DNA of 64,000 bases from positions 45,014,001 through 45,078,000 of the forward strand of contig NC_087251.1 of the NCBI RefSeq assembly GCF_037042905.1, written 5' to 3'. The DNA is from Lytechinus pictus (taxonomy: Eukaryota). Position 1 is the first letter of the stretch. Each line of letters starts with the position of its first letter. The translations under genes and the position numbers were made by a program. Below the pieces are notes generated by a model. The model did not search any database. It saw only the letters and a list, made by a program, of their open reading frames with translations, and was not told where the DNA came from. Below are positions 26,201-38,226 of this stretch, in pieces.

Positions 26201-29200
26201 TAATTAAAAAACGAGCACATGGACCCTATATTTTTAATATTTTTATGTCTTCAGAATATATTCCTCTACAAATCTGGAGAGAATGATGAAAATGACATGG
26301 ATTTTGAATGTTTGGGGGCAAAACTACGGAACCATTCGCATTTTAGACGGCATTATTAGACTTTTGCACGTTTTGGGCGCATTTGGGCGATTTTCATGCC
26401 AACTCGCATCACTTTGAACACTCATAGTTAAAAAATGAGCACATGGACCCCATATTTTTAACTTCCCTACACCTTTGATATGCATTCCTCTACAATTTAG
26501 CCGAATTTGATGAAAATGACATGGATTTTGAAAAAAGTGCAGCTTACAAAATACTTTTTTAATTTTTGAGTAGATTCACATCTTTGAAGATTTGTTTTTT
26601 CCGAGTTTTTGCACCATTCTTGCCAAATGAGGGCGCTGCTGACTCCAAATAGATATAGTTCTACCAATTAAAAGACTTTCTCTTTCTTTTGTATACACTT
26701 TGTTATATATCTTGAAAATTTGATGAAGTTTGATGCGGTATCTTCTGAGTAAAGATGATTTGCACTCATTTGGTGAATTCGTGAGGTCTAAGAGAGGCAT
26801 AATTCTCTTGATTGCGCAAGATTGCATATCATTCAAATACGGCGACTTTGAAGACCCGTAGAAAAAAAATAAGCACATGAACCTGTTATTTTTTGCATTT
26901 TCATAATGCATAGATACCAAAGTAACTCTCTGCAAAATTTGGTGAAAATGACATGGAATTCATTTCAACTGTGGAACGTCCTTAAATGACTTTTGACCTT
27001 GGTCATGTGACCTGAAGATTGCACAGGATGTTTAGTGATACTTGATTATTCTTATGTCCAAGTTTTATGAACTAGCTCAATAAACTTTCAAAGTTATGCT
27101 GGTAATTCAACAAATACCCCCAACATGGCCAGTTTATTGACCTTAAATGACCTTTGACCTTGGTCATGTGACCTGAAACTCAGGCAGGATATTTACTAAT
27201 ACTTCATTATCCTAAAGTTTCACGAACTAGGTCCACATACTTTTAAGTTTTGATGACATTTCAAGAACTTAACCTTAGGTTAAGATTTCGATGCTGATTG
27301 ATTGATGCTGACCGGTGTGTTGGCTCAGTTGGTAGAGCATCCGTCTCACAACCGGGAGGTCGGGGGTTCAAACCCCGACCGCGTCAGACCAAAAGACGTT
27401 AAAAGATGGGAGTTGCTGCTACCCTGTTTGGCGTTCAACGACTAAATGGATAGAGCCTCGTCGATCTGGCGCTGCACAGCGGCTGCCGGGCCCAATATCA
27501 ATTGGGCAAAGCAAAGTATTTCATTTCATGTCTATTTCGAACATTAAATTATGGATTTTCATCATCATCATTCCCCCAACATGGTCTAAGTTCATTGACC
27601 CTAAATGACCTTTGACCTTAGTCATGTGACCTGAAACTCAGGCAGGATGTTCAGTAATACTTGATTACCCTTATGTTCTAAGTTTCATGAACTAGGTCCA
27701 TTTACTTTCCAAAATATGATGTCATTTCAAAAACGTAACCTTAGATTAAGATTTCAATGTTGACGCTGCCGCCATCGGAAAAGCAGTCCCTATAGTCTCA
27801 CTCTGCAATGCATAAAAAATCATTTCATAAAACATATTAGTTTACCAATTTATGTATTTGTTTGATAATGTAATATGTTTATTAATGTTATATGTTTGAT
27901 TAACATATTGCAATATTTAAAAAAAAATTGAAATATGGCAGACGATATCAAAATCTTTGGGCAGTCCAATAATCTCACCATTCTTTGGTCCATTTACACG
28001 ATTAAAATTACTTCTTAATGATCAGTTCTGCATAGGGTTATGGTATAGGATGATGAAGGGCATTTTATCTCTTCTAAAGCACAAGTTGATTTTGCCCGTT
28101 GCTTACTGAAACTTGTCGATCCCTGTCCAATGTCAATGGTAACTACAGAATTCAGTACCAAATGTACCTATGATTAATTGTATTTGTCCCCCCCCTCAAA
28201 TTGATCATGGTCTTGAAATTAATTGCAAACTTGCAATTGATTTTTTGGCCCCGTCTTACAAAGAGTTGCGATTGATCCAATCGATCTCAACTGTATGGAA
28301 ATCCATCCATAACATAATTTTTTCTACAGGAAATTTGCACAATCTCCTTAATAAACAAAGAGAATCATGCTGAGTCTTCATGAGAACGATGAATGCATGA
28401 ATACAGATTATATCTAGAAAAGATTTTGAACAAATTTGCATGTTGGATGTTGACATTGCTGGCCGTCCATAGTTGTGATTGATCTGATCAATCGCAACTC
28501 TTTTTCAAGACGGGGCCCTGATATGCTTAATTCAACAAGGTATGTGATCTGATTTGCTACATCTAAAACTGATCTATCCATCATAAAGTGGCTATAGATA
28601 CTTGCAACTGATCGCAAATATTTTCTTGCCACACCCCCCTCAGTGTTTGCTATTGATGGTGAGCGAAACCGTGAAAGAGCTACTCACTTGGCCTCACAGA
28701 AAGTAATGGTAAAATCCAGGTCCACCTTACACATGAACATGGTGGGGTCGAGACGAACCTCACTGATGGTAGGGGGCGGTAGAGAGTACCCAACACCGAC
28801 GAAGCCAAGGACGTTGGGAGGGTGATGGTTGTATTGCGACAGACTAATCTCGGGACGGAGGGCACCTGTTACATGAATCACCTTCGGGAAGAAAATAGAA
28901 TTTCTGATGATTTGAAATTACTCATTAATACAAGACAAACATCCTCAATCAGCTGTGATCACATTGTTGTTGTTTTTCTACTAAAATGACTTTCCTCCCT
29001 GTTCAAACTTCAAAGTTTATTCCCACACTTCCATAAAAGTCAACAAATTAACAGATTGCAAGATTTGAATACGTACAAGATTGATACAAATACAATGCTA
29101 AACACTGAGTGAGAGGAGTGCATGAATAAATGTTTCAAGATAATAGATTTTATAAATTATGCAAAGGGATACAAATTGGAATTAGTAAACAATATAATTA

Positions 29201-32200
29201 TAAAGTAGCTGGGTTGGTTAAGGACCAAAAGTAACATGCATTTTACAGTTTCCATATTTGATTCAAGAAAAAAAAATGTCAATAAATTTCATAAAATGTG
29301 TAGATGATCAAAATGCCATTAAGTATATATAACATTTTCACATCACTATCCACAGTATTGAAATATGATATTTCTTCTATGATCATTTTTTTTTCCTCCA
29401 GTGAGCATTTTATAAAAAAAACTTGTTGGTTAGACAAAAAAACGCAAAACAAAAAATAAAGGATGTTACAATGTTTTTCATGGTGTTTCAACATTGTTAT
29501 ATGGTGTTTTATTGCCCTGAAACTTATTTTCTCTTTCAATGTTAAAAGTCTGGTACAATTAAAAAGAATCTAAATATGTTTTACGAAATAAGTTACCTTA
29601 TAACCTGAAGATTTGAAGTGGACGCCTCGTTTAGTAAGAGTTGATTTCATCCTGATTAAGAATGATCTCTCCATTCTGTCTGATGTTGCTGTCATGTTCA
29701 GTGTTACGTCATCTGTAATACAAGAATAAAATGTTTCTTTTGTAGTAATGATGTTTTCTTTTACAATGAAGAGATTGGAAAGAAGAAAGTTTGAAATGTT
29801 TGAGGATGATGACGATGATGATGATAATGATAATGGAGATGGTGGTGTTGGAGATGATGATGATGATGGTGGGGGTGGTGGCAGTGATGATGGCGGAGGT
29901 GGTGGCGGTGATGATGGCGGTAAGGATGATGATGATAGTGATAATGATGATAAAAATGTTTATCATCATCATGTTCATGTTGAATAAAAGTCATGAGCAA
30001 CAATTACATAGCCGTCCATCCAAAATAAAAAAAACTTGATAGTTTTATGATCATCCAAGTTGACTCTGTTAAGAATAAATTCCAGTTAAAATGTGACCTC
30101 TCCACTAAATAACATTCACTGATAAAACAATCTGTGAGAATTTGAAACTCACTTGATCAAGTTACATTATAAAATGGAGGAATTTCATAATGATTTATAC
30201 AACACATGTCCATCTATAATGATTATAATTATAGAGTCCATTTATTGGGCACTGCCTTCAAACCCCTTGCTTCAATCTCTGCCACATTGATTCGGTTTTC
30301 TTCCATCAACAATCTAAACAAAGTTACCATCCAGTATAAAAAAACAACTTTGAATATGGATAAATGAATTCTAATTTCATGGAAAACCATTGCAATTATT
30401 CTTTTCTATCCTTTATCTAAAAGATCCAATTCATAGAGCCTGTTCACACCTGTAACTATAAACTGCTTGGAGTACACACACAAAAACGGTAGAAAAAGTC
30501 AATAAACGACATATATAATTTGGGAAAAGAATAAAATAAACCACATACAAAACCCTTCTTCTCATATAAGAGAAATAGAATAATGATTTTGTTACAATGT
30601 TGTAGTATTATTTTGTGAAGCTCTGTTTGTGAAGATACATGCCTTTTATTATATAGAGGAATAGACAGCAGTGGGCTGATCAATGACAAGGGTATGGGTA
30701 TAAATGCTTGGGATCATTATCATCACCATCATCATCATACTCAACATAATTGTTATCATAGTCATCATTATCATAATTGTCATCATCATGAAGTTCCAAG
30801 CTTTCAATGAACACTTTCATGAAAGGTATCAGTGTGATACAGAGAAGTTCTGATAGGCACAAAAGAACACATTCGATATATCCGTCCGAACGCACCCAGA
30901 CGTAATAGATTTTCTAATTCCCCTCCAGATCCTATCCAAACTCCCTTGGTCTCGCCCATCATTACACCAGTCTTCTACCCGAATAATCCCATTATCATCC
31001 AAAACATTCTTACTTATATCAAACATCTTATCATCAATGCATGAGATCATGATCTCTTATAACAGCCAAGTCCCTTTGTTTACATTAGAATTACATGCTT
31101 TTACACTCTTTGATCATTAAAATGGAAGAAAGACAGGGAGGGTCTCTGGTTTCATTTACTGCCATAATAATTTTCCATAGTCGGTTTGCCTCGAAATAGA
31201 TAATTTCTAGATATATGGCGATAAACAAATGCTTATTATCATCATTATAGAACACACCAGCACTCACATCTACAGACACAAGAGCAAATTCATTTCTTCT
31301 AGGATATTATAGAAGATATAAAGTTAATGTTTTGAGTGTGATATTCCCTAAACATCATATACGCGTAACTCAAGTTCTCCTACACAATGATGTACTTCTT
31401 ATCCCAAAGACTCAGAAACTGAGTATCAATTTAAAAGAATTGGAAATTGTAATCATAAAAATGCAATCATGTAAAAATTGTGCATCTCTTAATCTACTTT
31501 CTATTCTATATTTCTGTTTCTTCTTTTTAGAAGAGATTTTTAGAGTAATTTCAGCCTACGAGAGCCTATTTTCTTTGATCAATAATATTATTGCATAAAT
31601 TTCCCCTTTTTAAAAGAAATACTTTCATATCTCATGAAGATAGCACATTCAAAATGTCCGTTTCTATCTCTTCGGAGAGAAAAAAAAGTTATATTTTCCA
31701 AGAAAGAAGGAAACAAAAATAAATTCAAAAAGGAGTAAAAATGAGAGACACACCAACTGTCAACATAAGATCTTACGAAGCTGTTCATCTCTTTAATTTC
31801 TTTATACCTTTTACTGGATTAATGTTACAAAAAATAATATCAGGTTAAACAAAAAGAGAATAAAAACACAACGACAAGTCAAAAGGATAATGTGTATTGT
31901 GTTAAACAATAATAATAATAATAAACAGTTCTTGTATAGCGCATATCACGATTATGAATAATGTCTCTATGCGCTTCCAAAGGACTTGGATATTATTACC
32001 CCAGCTGTAGCTTGCATCAATGCATTTATCCTTTATTCTTCACTTTTAAACAGGTTCACTCTACTGCCCATACTTTGGAAGATGAAATTGGACTTGTTTA
32101 CTCCACCATAATTCATGGACAAGTATCCTATGTAGTTGTGATAAATGAACCAAGGAAGGCTTATTACATATTCAAACTTCTTGTTACCTCACTCCTCATC

Positions 32201-35200
32201 TCAATTTACCCGTATCACTATCGTCAGCCCATCTATTACTACCTCCGAGCCTCATAAGTCACACCCCAATAATCTATACTATATCCACAAGTTGGGCAGG
32301 AAAGAGAGAGAAGGGGGGGGGGTTAAAAGAGAAAGAATAAGTAAAATGGATAGGAATAAGAAATAGGATGAGACAGAACAGATAAGAATCAAATGAGGCA
32401 AAAAAGGGAGAGAAGGGATAAACAATAAGAAGAGGGGAGAGAAAAGGGGATGACGAGAAAGAAGCAGACCAAAGAGGGGGAAGAAGAGAAGGAAAAGTGA
32501 AAAAGAAAGGGGAGGAGAGATTAAGATGAAAAGAGAAAAGATGAGAGAAGAAGAAGGCAGAGGAAAGGTGAAAAAGAGGGGGGTTGATAAGAGTAAGAGG
32601 AAAAAAGAGAAATGGATGAGAGAGAAATGGATGAGAGAGATGGATGAATGAAGAAGTGGAGATAAAGGGGAAAGAGAAGAAAATGGGAAGAGGTGAAGAG
32701 AAGAGAGAGAGAGAGAGAGGAAATGGTAAGAATTGAGGAAAGTGGAAAATGCAAAGGAAGACATTTCGGACTGAGGTAGAGATGGGGAAAGTTAAAAGGA
32801 AAAGCTACAATGAGGTCCAAATGGAAAACAGAAGAGGAAAATAGAACGTTTTTCATTTAATGGGGGAAGAGAAATAAAAGTTTTGCAAAGGAACATAGTT
32901 GAGAAGAGGGAAAATACTGACAGGAAAAATAGAGATTGTATGGAGCCATAAAAGTAACATTCAAAGGGGGGAGATTGTGAGAAAATGAAATAATAAAACA
33001 GATTATACAAAGATTTATTTTAAAATGGTATAGAAAAAAGGATTGATTTTTCTTCATTGAACATACAAACCATATGAATCTTGATCAAGGCAAAAGGAGA
33101 AATGACACCAAATTAAAAACATAAACAGGAGAAAGGGGATAAGAGATCGAAAGAGGCAAGAAAGAGAGAGAGAGATGAATATAAGGGAGGAATAATTGAG
33201 ACAGTGAGTTTTGGTGGATGTAATAGATCTAGTGCTGGGCATTGGTCCCTTGATGGTCATTTGTGCGGGTCCCTCCTTCCCCTATGTCATTATACCACCC
33301 TATCTCATCACCCTAATTTGTATGCACAACCCTACACCTACACAAATTAATTTATCACTTCCTTTCCCCATTTTCCACAGCACACTCTTCCATCTTCAGT
33401 TTTTGTCTCGTTCTTATTCGTCCTGCCCATTAAAGAATGCTATTTTTCTAATTTACCTACATATTTGAATTATATTGGTGTGAACATAATTACATGCTGA
33501 TATGTCATGACTCATATATCTATGGAATTTGAACCAAAAGGTCTGGGATTCGAATGTCACTGCGGCACTCACGTCCTTTTTTTTCAAGGCATTTATCTAC
33601 ATTTGCCACTCTCCACCCAGGTGTAGTAAACTGGTACCCGGTAGGAAGGAGTTCATGAATGCTTGAGCTCCCGATCAGGGTAGCCTTGCTTAAGCCAGGG
33701 TAATAGTATGAACCACTTAGAAACATTGTATTAAGCGCTATATAAATGTTGCACATTGTCATTATCATTATTATAAAATTGGTAAATGTTATGTCATTTT
33801 GCAATAATAGAATATTCATTGATGTTTAAACATATTTTGTATGTAAAAAAGTGTGTAACGAGAAATAGCGTAGAGAAAAAAAAAATATGTGTCGATTAGG
33901 TCATATTTTAGTAGAACACCATCGACTGGAACATGTATCAGATCCTTGGGCCCAATAGTGCAGCTGCAAGTTTAATACCACATTCAACATGTTTAACAAT
34001 GGTACAGTGAAAGAATTTAACTTAAGACAATCTCTATTACAATTTTTATTAACAGATTAAGAAAGTAAACAAATTTTTTAATTATCAACAACCATGCATG
34101 TTTACATATTTTGGTAGAACATGTGTCTCATAAAATCCTGTGTCCAACTCTAGCTGAATTATAAATAAATTTAAAAATTAAAATAATCTGCTAACTAGTC
34201 AAGACGCTGATACATCGCACTACAGAAAGTCATTTACGTGTTGTTGTTGTTGTCTTAACCATCCGCTTATCATCATCATCCTCATCATTATCATCACCAA
34301 CATCAGTGGTAGCTTCAACAGCACCAACAACAACAATAAAATACCACATTGCTCACCAAAATATAGAAATTGCATTAGAAAACTTGATCTTATTCTCAAA
34401 GTTCCCGATAAAATCAATATGATGAAAAAGATACCACAAATAGGACAATAGCAAACTAATTAAGTGATTAAAGTCAAAAGCAAGTGGGGACAGACTAAAA
34501 AACTTACTTCCTGAAAGTTCATTATGGTAATAAACCATTAATACAAGTAAAGATAATATGTTTCACAAAGAAAAGAGAATGCCCAAGAAAAAAAATTCGG
34601 AGAACTCTTGAATCTATTGGAGCCAGTTCTACTGCATTCAATACATCAGTTGATTGATGGCACAATGTTCAAAACGGGAGAGGCGGAGTAGTTTTTAGAC
34701 ATCATTAGCATGACAAAGAGTTTGAGAGGAGAGGTATAGACTTAAGTGACAATAAGAATGAGTGGGGGCAAAATGATTGCTTCACTCGACCACGGAAACA
34801 ATGATAAAAAACAAGGCGTACTGTACTTCTGAGTGAAATTGATTTTCACAAACTCTCATTATTCTAATGAACACTCAGCAAAGCATAAGCAAATTTGAAT
34901 GAGAATTAAAGAAACCTGAAAATAGTTAATATCATTTTATTATTTTGCAAGCCTGTGACCAGAATAAATTGCAGAGAATAGATGATACAAATAAAAGGAT
35001 ACTGGATAAGAATGATCAGTTGTTTTTCAAAGAATGATCGGTTGTTTTTCCTAAAGGACAAACAAATTACATTAGTTTTATTAGAACTGGACAATTTTGA
35101 TTTCATAAGTCCTCTTTATATTTTCTATATATTTTTAAGATTCTCTTAAACTTAAGTAAATCTTACATCACTCTTTTGGTTATATAAAGTTATATATCCT

Positions 35201-38192
35201 AAAACTGTCACAGTGCGGAAGGTTTGAAATAAAATGTGTTGTGATCCTGACACAAAAACAAATGCTTCTTTTCTTTTTGGTATAAAACCATTTCGCAAGC
35301 ATGGAGTGAGCTAAAAATGAAAAATCACTAATTTTGTAAACAAGAGATGAAAGGGCCATTTTTTAACAGAAAAATAAAAACCTTACTAAGATAGAGCACC
35401 TAATATCCTCCTATGTAGTTAGAATTTTTACAAGGAATTAATAATGGAAGCAAGATTGGAATATTAGATGATATTACAATACAAATTAACTTTAATTAAA
35501 CCATTACCAAAGCTTTAAGACAGTACCTCATAGAGTCAACTCACATATTATTTATTTCTATATATGAACAGAATAAAGGAATTTACAACAGTTCTTTACA
35601 AGGACTTATTATGCTTATGGATTTTTGGGGTCGAGTTACAAAAAAAGAAACTTAAAAGAAAACTAATCATTTATACTTGATACCTTCCTTTCAAGATTCT
35701 ATTGCCACAATCTAGATTTCTTAACCTTATTGATTTTGCTATGTTCAGGAGGCAATATAGGAAAAATAAATATTTGACAAGTCTTTCATCTCTGACCCTT
35801 TTGCCCCCTGTATGAATATTATTAGACTCGATCAACCCTCATTCCACACATATGCGGTGCGTAGTTGTTTCCATTTTGATCAAACCAAACTTATTGCCAA
35901 AATTGATTTTCTGTGGAAGCTAACAATCAATAACATGCTAATCAAATTCACCAGTACTTAACCTCTTGGGGTAACACACTAAGACGGGACACTGCCTCTC
36001 CTTCTCTCTCCCACTTCCCTCGCTTCCAACAGGGCATTGTGGGCCGTGTTCGATTTTTCAAGCGCATAAAAAAGTTATTCAATAATTTCGAGCACGTATA
36101 GGTCGTTATCTCTCCCCTGAGCGTCGCAGAACGGGAATCGGGAGGTGCCACGGACTCTCGATACGGGAGTTGCCGAACCCCTCTCACTGTATCATCCTTT
36201 TATTCTGTGGGAGCGTTAAAGAAATCTGAATTGTCACATTTGACTTATGACTGTAAGTGATCTGAACAGAATGGAAAGAAGAGGAATTATATTCAGCCTC
36301 TGGATCCAGAATATCCACTTTTTCTTCAAAATAATGAAGTATCAAAACATTTGCAGATGCTGTGTGTACGGTATATAGAAGATAAAGAAATTTACAAGCC
36401 TTGCCTTTCATATCATCAACAAAGTTGTTTATTTTCACACAAGTTTATTTGGGTTTGAATCCCCCTTTCGCTTTTTAATATGAAAAGAAAAGAAAAATTG
36501 AATTAGCTTTCAAATTACTTTTTATGAAGCATTCAAGAGAAAGTGTGTGATCATGAGATATAAGAGTGTGTAAGGGATTAAAAAAAAGTGTGTCTATGAG
36601 GAAGAGAGTGAGATAGAGAGAGGAAAAAATTATAAGGTATACAGAATGCATACTGAAGACAGAAAGAGAAAGACAGCTGGTGTAAAAGATAAAGTGAAAA
36701 GTTCAAAGACAAATGTAGAAGCTGAGCAAATGAGAGGTAGATGGTGCAAGAAGGGTGAGGAGAGAACAAGATGTAAGGAAAGGAGCAAAGATTTAAAAAT
36801 AGAGAGACTGAACTAAAAAAGAAGGAGAAAGAGAATACAAAGAGAGAGGGGGGTGAGAAGGGGAGACAGAGAACGAGGGGAGAGAGAGAGAATAGAAAAA
36901 AATAAATAGAGTGAGAGGGGGAGAGAGAGAAAGTGAGAGACAAAAAAGTAAATCACAAAATAATGAGAAGAGATGAAGCATAAATATGACACAAATTTGG
37001 GGATATTTATACAAAATATATAATGAAAAAACCCCATTCAATTGAGAAATAAATGGTGAAAGAAAAAGGAAAATAGGTGGGAAAAAAGAGAGAGAGGTGA
37101 GATAAATAAAGTAGGAATGAAACAGAGTGAGGGAGACTGAGACATGACGTAGAGCTGAGGATATGGTCTAACAGCCAGTGAATGCACAAGACCACTAGAG
37201 GTCTAGCCACTGGTGCTTCTGGATGCATCCACAACTTGAGATTTATCTCAACGGGAATTGATTAGAAGAACACTTAGAACGCTGAGGGACAGTGCAAAAA
37301 ACATATAAAATATAAATTAATTCATTCTAAAAAGAGAACTAAGGGAAAGATCTTAAATAGGGCTGGGCACATCATGGTCTAGTGGTTCTGACCCTTGCCT
37401 TTTAAACAGAGGGTGTCTTGGGTTCGAATCCTAGTCATGGCGTGTTTTCCTACAGCAAGAAATTTATCCAAACTGTGCTGCACTTGACCCAGGTGAGGTG
37501 AATAGGTACCCAGCAGGATTTATTCCTTACATGCACTGAGCGCCAGTGATGGTATCTCGAGCTAAAGCCAAACTAATAATAGCAAGCTTTTATATCCTCA
37601 GGCAAAAAGCACTATATAAATCCAGCAATCATTATTATTATTATTATACTGGTAAATTGCACATTTTAACAGCATAAATAGTTATCTATCAGTGTTTGAA
37701 TCTACCCAACAGAGTATTCAAGGTGCTATCATTACTACCCTAGATTTAGACTGGTTGCCAATCCAGCGCACAAGTATTTAGATGGAAAAGTTCTTGCCCA
37801 AGTACCAATATATCACTCCTGGGTTGAGTCCAGCACAATATGGATGACTTTCTTGCTGAAAAAAATAATGCCATGGTTGGGAAAGGTTTTAAATTTTGAT
37901 ATTTGTGGGGGCGTCGCGGTCTTGTGGTGTAACTACTGTCGTCTTTCAAAAGAGGGACGTGGGTTCGAATCCCAGCCATGGCATGATATCCTTCAGCAAG
38001 ATATTTACCCACATTGTGCAGCACTCAACCCAGGTGAGGTGAATGGGTACCTGGCAGGATTAATTCTTTGAATGCACCAAGTGCTGAAAAGAAGCTAGAG
38101 CTAAAGCCAGGTAGTAATAATAATGCGCCTCAGAAAAGAGTATTTCTAGATAGATAGCGCAATATAAATGCTTAGAAGTAGAAGTAGTTGTT

Positions 38193-38226
<34 letters not shown>

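Larger units (their letters stand above)
24246..27820 (-). mobile_element. DINE-1/HINE-like (Helentron-type) host element built of ~150-bp core repeats, carrying two nested insertions
   Basis: Repeated units ccccaacatgg...ttgacc(c/t)taaatgacctttgaccttggtcatgtgacctgaaactc; related terminal motifs gtctcgtctgcat (24268) and gtctcactctgcaatgca (~27795); short GCC tract near one end. The family assignment is inference. Confidence 0.55.

Noticed and set aside
25387..26530. Regularly spaced repeats resembling a CRISPR array
   Set aside because: The intervening sequences are themselves homologous (tandem ~225-bp units), the context is eukaryotic and there are no cas genes.
27313..27385. tRNA-Val(CAC)-like cloverleaf
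   Set aside because: The acceptor stem does not pair. It continues into a SINE body and simple-repeat tail and has a relative at 39745-39990, so it is a SINE head rather than a tRNA gene.
29709..30039. Poly-His, poly-Asp/Gly and poly-Met ORFs
   Set aside because: Translations of a (GAT/GGT)n microsatellite.
32279..33260. Hydrophobic F/L/S-rich ORFs resembling membrane proteins (also at 17515-18093, 36578-37234, 43133-43704 and 54611-55011)
   Set aside because: Artefacts of polypurine/polypyrimidine low-complexity tracts.
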